Shown piece after piece: positions 20,771 through 30,869 of a DNA stretch of 40,000 nucleotides. The stretch comes from Candidatus Pelagibacterales bacterium. Its GTDB lineage: Bacteria; Pseudomonadota; Alphaproteobacteria; Pelagibacterales; Pelagibacteraceae. The translations under genes were made by a program, and so were the position numbers. Numbering within the stretch: position 1 is the stretch's first letter; each line of letters opens with the position of its first letter. The notes under the pieces are model-generated. The model did no database searches. It was given only the letters and a program-made list of their open reading frames with translations, and had not been told where the DNA came from. The stretch covers positions 670,115 through 710,114 of the forward strand of contig OZ251705.1 in NCBI GenBank assembly GCA_965244305.1, in the 5' to 3' direction.

Positions 20771-21904
20771 ATGAGCACACTCCCAGCTAATCATGACAAT
20801 ACTCTACAAAAATACGCTTCAAATAAAGCTAATTTTTTGGGTAGGTATTTTTTGGAAAAAAGCTCAAATTATAGATCTGAATATCAAAGAGATCGAGACC
20901 GGGTGATTCATTGTTCATCTTTTAGAAGGCTAAAACACAAAACCCAAGTTTTTGTCTATCATGAGGGAGATCATTTTAGAACAAGGCTTACTCATTCTTT
21001 AGAGGTCTCTCAAATATCAAGATCTATATCAAGATACCTAGGTTTGAATGAAGATTTATCTGAGGCACTTAGTTTAGCTCATGATTTGGGGCATACTCCA
21101 TTTGGTCATGCTGGTGAAGATATTCTGGCTGAGTGCATGCTTAACTATGGTGGTTTTGATCACAATATACAATCTTTAAGAATTCTTCTATTGCTGGAAA
21201 ATATTTATGAGGATTATCTAGGATTGAATTTGTCGTTAAATTGTATTGATGGTCTTTTGAAACATAATGGTCCAGTTCAAAATGAAAATAAATTAAAAAT
21301 TTTGTTACCTGAAATTTTTAATTATGGTTTAAATTTTCAAACTTACGGATCATTAGAAGCGCAAATAAGCTCTTTATCAGATGATATAGCCTATAATAAC
21401 CACGATATTGATGATGGGTTAAGGGCAAATTTTTTTAGCATTGATGATCTTAGAGAAATTCCTGTGCTAAATGATATTATAAAAGAAACTTGTAATAAAA
21501 GCTCCAACAAAAACAATTATATTTTGGTCAGAAGGTTAATTGATTATATGGTAACAGACCTAATTGATAATTCACAAAGAAATATCAATTTATATAAAAT
21601 AGACAATATAAATGATGTTTATAATTCTGGTAAACAAATCATTGATTTTTCAGAAACAACTAATGAGCTAATAAAAAATATTAAAACGTTTCTGCACTCC
21701 AAGATGTATAAACACTCTCATATCCAAAAATGGTCAAATAAATCAAAAGAAATAATACAAAAAATTTTTAATTATTATAATAGACATTATGAAAAAATTT
21801 CTAATAAGTTTAATAATAGTTTTTCAAAACAAAGGAATATAAGTGATTATATTTCAGGCATGACGGATAAATATGCTATTGATGTGTATAACTCATTAAA
21901 ATGA
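20771..21904 (+). CDS. dgt: dGTP triphosphohydrolase-like HD-domain protein
   Basis: Intact 377-aa ORF with YQRDRDRVIHCSSFRRLKHKTQVF, FRTRLTHSLEVSQISRSI and LAHDLGHTPFGHAGE (HD motif). Confidence 0.9.
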   Translation: MSTLPANHDNTLQKYASNKANFLGRYFLEKSSNYRSEYQRDRDRVIHCSSFRRLKHKTQVFVYHEGDHFRTRLTHSLEVSQISRSISRYLGLNEDLSEALSLAHDLGHTPFGHAGEDILAECMLNYGGFDHNIQSLRILLLLENIYEDYLGLNLSLNCIDGLLKHNGPVQNENKLKILLPEIFNYGLNFQTYGSLEAQISSLSDDIAYNNHDIDDGLRANFFSIDDLREIPVLNDIIKETCNKSSNKNNYILVRRLIDYMVTDLIDNSQRNINLYKIDNINDVYNSGKQIIDFSETTNELIKNIKTFLHSKMYKHSHIQKWSNKSKEIIQKIFNYYNRHYEKISNKFNNSFSKQRNISDYISGMTDKYAIDVYNSLK

Positions 21905-23601
21905 ATATTTTTAAAATATATAAAGATAAATTTATTTTATTACTTCGTAATAATAGTTTTGACTGTGATGAAGAAAAAGTTTCTGTTGATACCCCTAGGC
22001 AGGCAAGTTTTGGAGATTTGGCATTTAATGCACCTCTAATATTATCATCCTCTCTTAAAAGTAATCCTCTAGAAATTGGTAAAAAAATTGCTGACTTGAT
22101 AAAAGAAAATTATAGTGAATTTGAAACTATAGAAGTTGCCAAACCTGGATTTGTAAATTTAAAGTTTAAAAAAGAATTTTGGTATAATTTTTTATTTTCA
22201 TTTGATGATAGCAAAGGAAAAATTGTAAATATATCTAAAACTATTAATTTAGAATATGTTTCAGCCAATCCCACAGGCCCGTTGCACGTAGGGCATTGTC
22301 GAGGAGCGGTGTATGGAGATATTTTAGGAAACCTTTTAAATTTTGTAGGACACAAAGTTATTAAAGAATATTATATTAATGATTATGGCAATCAAATTCA
22401 CATGTTTGCCAAATCTGTATATGCTCGAGTTCTTGAAATTAAAGAAGGAAAAGAATTTCCTGTAAATGAGGGTCTTTATCCAGGTGAATATTTAAAAGAA
22501 ATTGCACAAAGTTTAATAAAAAAAAATAAAATTTCTAATTTTTCGAATTACGATTCTATTAAAAACCAACTTGGTGAAATGGCTATGGACGAAGCCATGA
22601 TTATGATTAAAAATGACTTGCTTTCGCTTGGTATTAAGCATGATTTATTTATTTCAGAAAAAGAATTAGTACAAAACAACCTTGTTTCTAAAACTTTAAA
22701 GATATTAGAAAGAAAAAACTGTATCTACGAAGGTGTACTGCCCAAACCCAAAGGTAATGAAAATGAAGATTGGGAACCAAGAGAGCAATTATTATTCAAG
22801 TCCACAAAGTTTGGCGATGATGTAGATAGAGCTTTAAAAAAATCAGATGGCACATGGACTTATTTTGCTAATGATGTGGCTTATCATTCATATAAACTTG
22901 ATAGAAAATTTGATAAATATATTAATGTGTTGGGAGCTGATCATGCGGGTTACCTTAAAAGATTAAAAGCCTGTGTTGATGCACTATCGGACTTCAAAGC
23001 AGATTTTGAATGCAAAGTATGTCAGTTGGTAAAGTTATTTAAATCTGGAGAACCTTACAAGATGTCGAAAAGAGCGGGTGATTTTATCACTGCTAAAGAA
23101 TTGGTAGAATCTGTAGGAGTAGATGCGGTTAGATTTATGATGATTTATAGAAGCAATGATAGCCAATTAGATTTTGATTTTGACCTGGTTACAGAAAAAA
23201 CAAAAGAAAACCCTGTTTTTTATGTACAGTATGCCAGTGCAAGAATTCATTCAATCTTAAGGAAAACATCATTAGATTTAACAAATATTGATAAACAGTG
23301 TTTGCGATTATTAGATGCGGAAATTGAAATTGAAATAATTAAAAAATTGTCCTTATGGTCTAAATGTATGGATCTTTCGGCAAAAAACTTAGAACCACAT
23401 CGAATACCTTATTACCTATATGATCTTGCATCAATATTTCACTCTTATTGGAATTTAGGAAAAGAATATTCAGAGTATAGGATTATTGAAAACGAAAATA
23501 GCCAATTAATAAAGGCTAGAGTTTACTTATTAGAAAAGGTTTTAACAGTAATAAAGTCTGGGCTGTTAATACTTGGTGTTAGCGCACCCGAGTCTATGTA
23601 A
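21901..23601 (+). CDS. argS: Arginyl-tRNA synthetase
   Basis: Intact 566-aa ORF with SANPTGPLHVGHCRGAVYGD (HIGH region), the MSKR motif (YKMSKRAGDF) and the typical C-terminus ..GVSAPESM. ATGA overlap with the dgt stop. Confidence 0.95.
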   Translation: MNIFKIYKDKFILLLRNNSFDCDEEKVSVDTPRQASFGDLAFNAPLILSSSLKSNPLEIGKKIADLIKENYSEFETIEVAKPGFVNLKFKKEFWYNFLFSFDDSKGKIVNISKTINLEYVSANPTGPLHVGHCRGAVYGDILGNLLNFVGHKVIKEYYINDYGNQIHMFAKSVYARVLEIKEGKEFPVNEGLYPGEYLKEIAQSLIKKNKISNFSNYDSIKNQLGEMAMDEAMIMIKNDLLSLGIKHDLFISEKELVQNNLVSKTLKILERKNCIYEGVLPKPKGNENEDWEPREQLLFKSTKFGDDVDRALKKSDGTWTYFANDVAYHSYKLDRKFDKYINVLGADHAGYLKRLKACVDALSDFKADFECKVCQLVKLFKSGEPYKMSKRAGDFITAKELVESVGVDAVRFMMIYRSNDSQLDFDFDLVTEKTKENPVFYVQYASARIHSILRKTSLDLTNIDKQCLRLLDAEIEIEIIKKLSLWSKCMDLSAKNLEPHRIPYYLYDLASIFHSYWNLGKEYSEYRIIENENSQLIKARVYLLEKVLTVIKSGLLILGVSAPESM

Positions 23602-23858
23602 TGAGATTATTGTTATTAAAAATTGCATCTATTTTCTCAATTTTTATTTTTTTTTATTTCATTATATTATTTTATTTATCTGAAAATTTTAAAACAAAAG
23701 TTTTACAAAGTAGAAAGTCACATGACTCATTGTTATTTAGCTACGGTATGAAGCTACCAAAAACCGAAGTAAATAAAAACTTTAAGATATTCATTGATAA
23801 TTCTGACTATTTTAAAAAAATTGATGATGAACCAAAGTTTTGGGAGCTTGTAAAATGA
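23601..23858 (+). CDS. Hypothetical small membrane-anchored protein
   Basis: 85-aa ORF with one N-terminal TM helix (IASIFSIFIFFYFIILFYL). It is coupled by TAATG to argS and by ATGA to nagZ. I recognise no family motif. It occupies the slot where many alphaproteobacteria carry a SPOR-domain protein (from memory of synteny). Confidence 0.45.
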   Translation: MRLLLLKIASIFSIFIFFYFIILFYLSENFKTKVLQSRKSHDSLLFSYGMKLPKTEVNKNFKIFIDNSDYFKKIDDEPKFWELVK

Positions 23859-24808
23859 ATATTTCTTTTAAACCAGTGATCGTAGGTTTATCTGGACATA
23901 GTATTTCCAAAGAAGAATATTTTTTATTTAAAAAACACTTACCGATTGGGTATATTATTTTTTCAAGAAATATAAAAAATTTTTTTCAATTAAAAAATTT
24001 AATTTCAGAATTGAAATCCCTTAATCCATATCAAAAAACCTTAATTATGATTGATCACGAGGGTGGAAGAGTAAATCGTTTTTCAAAATTTTTTGATCAA
24101 AGACACCAATCTGCTAAAATATTTGGTAATTATTTTAAAAATGACAAAAAACAATTTAATCAAGAATTAAATAAATTTATTAATTTCAATTCTAATCTGT
24201 TTAATTATTTAGGAATTAATTTAATCGCGACCCCAGTATTAGATTTATTTTATCCCAATAAATCTAGTGTCATATCTGATAGGGCTTACTCTGATAAAAA
24301 TACTGATATTATTAATATTGGTAATACAATCGTAAAGAAATATTTAAAGAAAGGGCTTATGACCATTGGCAAACATGCTCCAGGTCATGGCTTATCTATG
24401 CTAGATAGCCATTTTCATTTACCAATAATAAATGAAAGCAAGGAATTTTTATATAATAATGATTTTAAATGCTTTAACAATTTAAAGTCTCAATTCTTAA
24501 TGACTGCACATATTCTTTATAAAAATATTGATCATATTAATCCTGCAACTTTTTCACCAACAATAATAAAAAAAATTTTAAAGAAAAAATTGAAATTTAA
24601 AGGCCTAATAATGTCAGATGATATATGCATGAAGGCACTAAATGGATCTATTGAAAGTAGAGCGGTTAAGTCGTTTGATTCCGGATGCGATATTGTTTTA
24701 CATTGCAATGGAAATTTTAATGAAATGACACGTTTGTTTGGTATTACTAGCTATGCGGATAAGAAGTTGTTAGCAAAAATGATTAAAATCTTTAATTATA
24801 GCCAATAA
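23855..24808 (+). CDS. nagZ: Beta-N-acetylhexosaminidase (GH3, NagZ)
   Basis: Motifs MIDHEGGRVNRF and GKHAPGHG, plus LIMSDDICM. ATG 23855 is preferred over the ORF-track start 23840 because it gives an ATGA junction with the upstream ORF. Confidence 0.85.
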   Translation: MNISFKPVIVGLSGHSISKEEYFLFKKHLPIGYIIFSRNIKNFFQLKNLISELKSLNPYQKTLIMIDHEGGRVNRFSKFFDQRHQSAKIFGNYFKNDKKQFNQELNKFINFNSNLFNYLGINLIATPVLDLFYPNKSSVISDRAYSDKNTDIINIGNTIVKKYLKKGLMTIGKHAPGHGLSMLDSHFHLPIINESKEFLYNNDFKCFNNLKSQFLMTAHILYKNIDHINPATFSPTIIKKILKKKLKFKGLIMSDDICMKALNGSIESRAVKSFDSGCDIVLHCNGNFNEMTRLFGITSYADKKLLAKMIKIFNYSQ

Positions 24809-24824
24809 TTTAGTACGATTTTTT

Positions 24825-25574
24825 ATGCAAGAGAATCATGCTGAAGTTTTAACAGATAATTTTAAATTACAGGTAGATAATTACGAAGGTCCCTTGGACT
24901 TATTGCTAGATCTTGCCAAGGCTCAAAAAGTTGATTTGATGCAAATTTCCATCGTTCAACTTGCCGATCAGTACATTAATTATATTTCTGAGTTAAAAGA
25001 TAATTTAGAACTGGCAGCTGATTTTTTAGTAATGGCATCTTGGCTTGCTTATTTAAAATCAAGACTATTATTACCAGAAGAATTTGACGATGATTTTTCA
25101 GCTATTAAAATGGCAGAAAAACTAAAACTTCAGCTGAGAAAGTTAGAGAGTATTAGATTATTATCAGATCAATTAATGAGCAAACCTAAATTAGGTCATG
25201 AAGTTTTTATGAGAGCAATGAGAGAGGGAATTAAACCAATAAATAAATCTGAGTACAGTGTTTCTTTGTATGAATTGATAAAAGCTTATGCTGATTTTAA
25301 AAGAAAAGAAAATTTTTCTTCTATTAATATAAAAAAATTACCTGTTTATACTATGGAAGAAGCTATAAAAATGATTACTAAAATGTTTGATCAGATAAAA
25401 GAATGGTGCGATATAAATACTATTATACCAAAAAATTTTTTAAAAAATAAAAAATTAAAAAAATCTGGTCTGTCGGGTACTTTTGCAGCAAGTTTGGAAT
25501 TAGTACGAGAAGGTAAGCTTTTGATTAAACAAGAACAGATGTTTGAAGATATTTATATAAAATCAAAAAATTAA
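24825..25574 (+). CDS. scpA: Segregation and condensation protein A
   Basis: Intact 249-aa ORF. YEGPLDLLLDLAKAQKVDLMQISIVQLADQYINYI is the canonical ScpA N-terminus. Confidence 0.88.
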   Translation: MQENHAEVLTDNFKLQVDNYEGPLDLLLDLAKAQKVDLMQISIVQLADQYINYISELKDNLELAADFLVMASWLAYLKSRLLLPEEFDDDFSAIKMAEKLKLQLRKLESIRLLSDQLMSKPKLGHEVFMRAMREGIKPINKSEYSVSLYELIKAYADFKRKENFSSINIKKLPVYTMEEAIKMITKMFDQIKEWCDINTIIPKNFLKNKKLKKSGLSGTFAASLELVREGKLLIKQEQMFEDIYIKSKN

Positions 25575-25580
25575 AATTTT

Positions 25581-26237
25581 ATGCCTAGTATTGATAAAAA
25601 AGAAAAAAAAATAATCGAAGCTTTTTTATTTGCAGCTGACGAGCCTCTAGATCTTGCAACGTTGCAATCAAAAGTAAAAAAAAATACTGATGTTTTGCAA
25701 ATTTTAAATGAATTACAAAACGAATATCAGGAAAGAGGTATAAATTTAATTAAATTAGCAAATCGTTGGTCATTTAGAACTTCTATTGATTTAGCTGATC
25801 AGCTCAAAGAAGAAATAACAGGTCAAAAAAAACTATCAAAAGCTGCAATTGAAACATTGGCGATTATTGCGTACCATCAACCAGTTACTAGATCTGAAAT
25901 TGAGGAAATAAGAGGCGTATCTTTTTCTACAGGTACTATGGAAGTTTTATTTGAATTAGGCTGGGTTAAGCCAGCAGGAAGAAAGGATATACCAGGTAAA
26001 CCACTAGCTTATGGAACCACAGATTCTTTTTTAAGTCATTTTAATTTAAATAGTCTTGAAGATCTACCTAACTCTGATGAATTAATGGCTGCTGGTTTAA
26101 TAGATAGCAGAGTTGATAGTTCAATTTTTGGAACTTCCAAGTTTACTAAAGAAGATAATAGTAGCGTAAAAGAAAATATATTTAGTAATATTGATGAAAT
26201 GATTAGTGATACATTGGATAATAAAGATACAAGATAA
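25581..26237 (+). CDS. scpB: Segregation and condensation protein B (possibly continuing into an acidic tail to 26379 in frame +1)
   Basis: IIEAFLFAADEPL and LAIIAYHQPVTRSEIEEIRGV are winged-helix ScpB motifs. The ORF ends at TAA 26235-26237. Frame 1 is open from 26203 to 26379 and encodes a D/E-rich tail (see findings). Confidence 0.88.
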   Translation: MPSIDKKEKKIIEAFLFAADEPLDLATLQSKVKKNTDVLQILNELQNEYQERGINLIKLANRWSFRTSIDLADQLKEEITGQKKLSKAAIETLAIIAYHQPVTRSEIEEIRGVSFSTGTMEVLFELGWVKPAGRKDIPGKPLAYGTTDSFLSHFNLNSLEDLPNSDELMAAGLIDSRVDSSIFGTSKFTKEDNSSVKENIFSNIDEMISDTLDNKDTR

Positions 26238-26417
26238 TGAAAATAAGGAAGAAGCTGCTCAAAATTTAGATGAACCTTATGAAGATGATGAAGAAGACGA
26301 GGATGATGAGACAGATGATGACTATGACGAGGACGAGGACGAGGATGAAGACGACGAAGAAGACGATAAAGAAAAATAATTATTGTTTTTTATATAAATA
26401 ATGGATAAGATTTAGAT

Positions 26418-26615
26418 ATGAGCATTGGTTTTTGGCAAATAGTTATTGTTGTGGCCTTAGTTGTTTTACTTTTTGGAAGAGGTAAAATTTCTGAATTAAT
26501 GGGCGATGTTGCCAAAGGAATTAAGAGTTTTAAAAAAGGTATGTCTTCAACTGAGGAAATTGATGATAAAAACCTTACCAATAGCAATAAAGATAACAAA
26601 AATTCAGAAAGTTAA
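26418..26615 (+). CDS. tatA: Twin-arginine translocase subunit TatA
   Basis: 65 aa. [42 protein letters not shown] gives a TM helix plus an amphipathic helix with the FG hinge. Confidence 0.9.
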   Translation: MSIGFWQIVIVVALVVLLFGRGKISELMGDVAKGIKSFKKGMSSTEEIDDKNLTNSNKDNKNSES

Positions 26616-26621
26616 TTTCTA

Positions 26622-26867
26622 ATGCCACAAATTGGGTGGTCTGAACTTCTAGTCATAGCTGTTGTTGCCATATTAGTAATTGGACCAAAAGATCTTCCTA
26701 TCATCATGAAAAAAATTGGTAGTTGGATGAGAACTATCAAAGGTTATGCTAATCAATTTCAAAATACTTTAGAAAACATAGAAGATGTTGAAACAATTGA
26801 TTTAGATAAACCTAAAAGAAAACAAGCAACATCAAAAAATCAAAAAAAAAAAGAAGTTAATTCTTGA
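26622..26867 (+). CDS. tatB: Twin-arginine translocase subunit TatB
   Basis: 81 aa. GWSELLVIAVVAILVIGPKDLPIIMKKIGSWMRTIKG has the GP hinge typical of TatB. It lies between tatA and tatC. Confidence 0.85.
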   Translation: MPQIGWSELLVIAVVAILVIGPKDLPIIMKKIGSWMRTIKGYANQFQNTLENIEDVETIDLDKPKRKQATSKNQKKKEVNS

Positions 26868-26873
26868 TTATAG

Positions 26874-27617
26874 ATGGCGACAAAAACAACAACGATTACT
26901 GGCCACCTTAAAGAACTAAGATCGCGTCTAATTAAATCTGTGATTTTTTTGCTTTGTGCTTTTGTTGTATGTTTTGTGTTTGCGGATAGTATTTATGCTT
27001 TTTTACTTGATCCTTATGTTCAAGCTACAAAAGATGATCCCGTACAAAGAAGAATGATTTTTACAGCACTGCACGAAACTTTTTTAACCTATTTAAAATT
27101 AGCTTTTTTTTCATCTTTTTGCCTTTCGTTTCCTGTTATATTAATTCAAATTTGGAAATTTATTGCCCCTGGTTTATATAAAAATGAAAAAATGGCTCTT
27201 TTACCCTTTTTAATTGCAACGCCAATACTTTTTGTTTTAGGTGGAATGCTAGTTTATTATTTAATCATGCCCCTTGCAGTAAAGTTTTTTTTATCATTTG
27301 AGACAACTAGCGCAATGTCAGGTATGCCCATTCAATTAGAGGCAAAGGTTGATGAGTATTTATCTTTAATAACTAAATTAATTTTTGCTTTTGGTTTAAG
27401 TTTTCAATTACCTGTATTATTAACTTTATTAGGAAAAGTTGGTTTTTTAACAGCGGATGATTTAAAAAAAAGAAGAAGGTATGTGATTGTGATAATTTTT
27501 GCAGTAGCAGCAATTTTGACACCTCCTGATCCAATTACTCAAATTGGACTAGCTTTGCCATTGCTTCTTTTGTATGAAATTTCTATTTTAACAGTTAAAA
27601 CTGTACAAAGAAAATAA
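26874..27617 (+). CDS. tatC: Twin-arginine translocase subunit TatC
   Basis: Intact 247-aa, six-TM ORF with HLKELRSRLIKS, WKFIAPGLYKNEK and ILTPPDPITQ motifs. Confidence 0.93.
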   Translation: MATKTTTITGHLKELRSRLIKSVIFLLCAFVVCFVFADSIYAFLLDPYVQATKDDPVQRRMIFTALHETFLTYLKLAFFSSFCLSFPVILIQIWKFIAPGLYKNEKMALLPFLIATPILFVLGGMLVYYLIMPLAVKFFLSFETTSAMSGMPIQLEAKVDEYLSLITKLIFAFGLSFQLPVLLTLLGKVGFLTADDLKKRRRYVIVIIFAVAAILTPPDPITQIGLALPLLLLYEISILTVKTVQRK

Positions 27618-28891
27618 TGCTAAATATTAAAGACATAAGAAAAGATTTAAATACCTTTAAACAAAAAATTAAATCTAGGTTTGTAAATAATTCTGACCTA
27701 ATTTTTGATCAACTGATTAAATTAGATGAAGAGCTTAGAAAAAATCTTGAAAAGCAACAAGAATTACAAAATCAAAGAAATTCAATTTCTAAAAATCTTT
27801 CAATTGAAAAAGATAAAAATTCTGAAAAATTTAAAAATCTTTCATCTGAAGTTTCTTCTATCAAAACCTCAATTTCAGCTTTAGAAACCGAAGTTACAAA
27901 ATTAAATATAGATATCAATAGAATATTGCATACGTTACCAAATATTCCATTAGATGAAGTTCCAATTTCAGAGGATGAGAAGGGAAACGTAGAGATAAAA
28001 AAGTCTGGAACTGTAAGACAGTTTGACTTTGAACCTTTAAGTCATGATCTTTTAGCTAAAAATTTGAATCTTATAGATTTTGAAACAGCTGTAAATATGT
28101 CTGGATCCAGATTTGTCATACTTAAAAAAGATTTGGCCAAATTAGAAAGAGCTTTGATCAATTTTATGCTTGATCTTCATACAGGTGAAAATGGTTATAT
28201 AGAGCACAATGTGCCAATTTTAGTAAATGAAAAATCTATGTTTGGAACTGGGCAGTTACCTAAATTTAAAGATGAGCAATTTCAAACTAATAATGATCTT
28301 TGGTTAATTCCTACAGGCGAAGTTTCTTTAACAAATATTGTTTCCGATAAAATTACAAAATATGAGGATCTGCCATTACGTTATGTGACCTGCACTCCGT
28401 GTTTTAGATTAGAAGCTGGTGCAGCTGGTAAAGATACTCAAGGTATGATGAGGCAGCATCAGTTTTCAAAAGTGGAATTAGTTTCCATAATTCAACCAGA
28501 ATTTAGAATGAACGAATTAGAGCGAATGCTTTCTTGTGCGGAAAAAGTTTTAGAATTACTAAAGTTACCTTACAGAGTGATGCTTTTATCAAGCGGTGAC
28601 ATGGGCTTTAGTGCTGAAAAAACTTATGATATTGAAGTTTGGATCCCATCTCAAAATAAGTATCGAGAAATTTCCAGCTGTTCATCTTGTTCTACATTTC
28701 AAGCTAATAGAATGAAAGCCAGATACAAAACAGTTGATAATAAAAATGAATTACTAGCTACTTTAAATGGTTCGGGATTAGCTATAGGAAGAACAATTAT
28801 AGCTATTTTGGAAAACTATCAAAATAAAGATGGCACTATTTCAATACCTGAAGTTTTACAAAAATACATGTCCAAAAAAATTATTGGATAA
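27617..28891 (+). CDS. serS: Seryl-tRNA synthetase
   Basis: Intact 424-aa ORF with an N-terminal coiled-coil arm and class II motifs (FRLEAGAAGKDTQGMMRQHQFSKVE, NGSGLAIGRTIIAILENYQ). TAATG overlap with tatC. Confidence 0.95.
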   Translation: MLNIKDIRKDLNTFKQKIKSRFVNNSDLIFDQLIKLDEELRKNLEKQQELQNQRNSISKNLSIEKDKNSEKFKNLSSEVSSIKTSISALETEVTKLNIDINRILHTLPNIPLDEVPISEDEKGNVEIKKSGTVRQFDFEPLSHDLLAKNLNLIDFETAVNMSGSRFVILKKDLAKLERALINFMLDLHTGENGYIEHNVPILVNEKSMFGTGQLPKFKDEQFQTNNDLWLIPTGEVSLTNIVSDKITKYEDLPLRYVTCTPCFRLEAGAAGKDTQGMMRQHQFSKVELVSIIQPEFRMNELERMLSCAEKVLELLKLPYRVMLLSSGDMGFSAEKTYDIEVWIPSQNKYREISSCSSCSTFQANRMKARYKTVDNKNELLATLNGSGLAIGRTIIAILENYQNKDGTISIPEVLQKYMSKKIIG

Positions 28892-28930
28892 CGATAAAAT
28901 TTAAAGTGATTTTAAAAACTTTTTTTTAGA

Positions 28931-30869
28931 ATGAATGATAATTTTTTATGGCAAGCTACAAAAGAACAAATAGAAAAATCAAATTTATATTTATTTTGTG
29001 AATATCTTGACAAAGAAAAATTTTTTCCTTTAACAACTGATTATCAAAAACTTTGGATGTGGTCGGTAGAAAAACCAGATGTATTCTGGTCTGCTTTTTG
29101 GGATTTTTCTAATATTAAAGGCAAGAAGGGAAAAAAAATAATTTCTAAAAATACTGAATTTTTAGATTGCCGTTTTTTTGAAGATTCAAAAATAAATTTT
29201 GCCCTAAACTTATTAAAAAAAAAAACTAATGAAGTTGCAATACATTTTAGAGGGGAGAATGGATATGAAAAATCTATCACTTGGAAAAAATTATATAATG
29301 ATGTTTGTAAATTATCTAATTTTTTTAAAAAAAATGGTTTAAAAAAAAATGATAGAGTGGCAGCATATTTGCCTAATAATATTGAAGCAATTATTGGATT
29401 GTTAGCATCATCAAAAAACGGACATATATGGTCTTCATGCTCACCGGATTTTGGCGTCCAAGGAGTTGTAGATCGTTTTTTGCAAATATCTCCAAAAGTT
29501 TTAATTACTTGTGATTATTATTATTATAATGGGAAAAAAATAAGTTTAATAGATAGAATTTATTCCATACAAAAATTAATACCCTCAATTGAAAAAATTA
29601 TAATTTGCTCATATGAAAATAATAATTTTTTTACAGAAGAATTTATATCTTTTGATCAAATTATAGAGGACGGTTTTATTGATGAAATTTTTGAAGAATT
29701 TGAATTCAATCATCCTTTGTACATTCTATATTCAAGTGGCACAACGGGAGTTCCTAAGTGTATTGTGCATGGTGCTGGCGGATCTTTAATTGAGCAGAAA
29801 AAAGAATTATTTTTACATTGTGATGTTAAGGAAAATGACAATATTTTCTATTTTACTACTACTGGATGGATGATGTGGAATTGGTTGGTTGCAAGTCTTT
29901 CATGTGGTGCTAGTGTGAAATTATACGATGGATCTCCATTTTACCCCAATAAAGAAGTTCTTTTTCAATACTGCGAGGATCACAATTTCTCATTATTCGG
30001 TTTAAGTGCAAAGTATATTGATTTTTTAAAAAAGAATAATTTTTCTGCAAACAAATACAATTTAGATAATCTGAAAATAATAACTTCCACTGGCTCTCCC
30101 CTTATGAAGGAGAGCTGGGAATACGTTTATAAAAATATTAAGAATCGAGTTTTGCTTTCTTCTATTAGTGGCGGAACTGATGTAGTAGGTTGTTTATTAA
30201 TGGGAAATTTATTTGGAAAAGTTTTTGCAGGAGAGATACAGGGCGCTAGTTTGGCTATTGATGTTGATGTTTTTGACGAAACAGGTAAATCAATTAATAA
30301 TTTTGAAAAAGGCGAACTTGTTGTCAAAAATCCATTTCCTTCTATGCCTGTAAAATTTTGGAATGACGAGGATAGAAAAAAAATTAAAGATGCATATTTT
30401 AATAAATATTCTAATATTTGGTATCATGGTGACTATATTCAAAAAACTTCTAATGCTGGGTTTATTATACAGGGAAGATCTGACGCAACGTCTAAAACCT
30501 GGGGGTGTAAGAATTGGAACAGCAGAGATCTATAGACAGGTTGAGGCTTTTGATGAAGTTGCAGAATCAATTGTAGTTGGTCAAAATTTTGACAATGATG
30601 TAAGAATAGTTTTGTTTGTAAAAATTAATACAAAATATTCTTTTACAGAATCATTAGTTAAAAATTTAAAAAACACTATTAGAGACAATTGTTCTCCTCG
30701 ACATGTACCATCTCTTATTATCGAATGTCCAGATATCCCAAGAACCAAAAGTGGTAAGATTGTTGAAATTGCCGTTCAAAAATTAATTAATGGTGAAAAA
30801 ATTAACAATCTAAATTCAATAGCTAATCCTGAATGTTTAGATTTTTATAGAAAATTAACAAATGCCTAG
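28931..30869 (+). pseudogene. Acetoacetyl-CoA synthetase (acetoacetate-CoA ligase, ANL superfamily), one +1 frameshift
   Basis: N-terminus LWQATKEQIEKSNLYLFCEYL..YQKLWMWSVEKPDVFWSAFWDF is typical of AacS. The AMP-binding motif YILYSSGTTGVPKCIVH is present. Deleting t30491 joins ..IIQGRSDAT to LKPGGVRIGTAEIYRQVEAFDEVAESIVVG..PRTKSGKIVE. Total ~646 codons. Confidence 0.85.

Noticed and set aside
26281-26370. GAC/GAG/GAT-rich repeat tract as a tandem repeat, microsatellite or CRISPR-like array
   Set aside because: The periodicity is strictly 3 nt, codon-like (Asp/Glu) and imperfect, with no repeat-spacer architecture. It is better explained as low-complexity coding sequence.
26380-26417. TTGTTT-17-TAAGAT promoter-like match upstream of tatA, and similar hexamer matches in other spacers
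   Set aside because: In DNA this AT-rich, weak -35/-10 look-alikes are frequent by chance. Only the two best matches (aapJ, rplM) are reported, both at low confidence.
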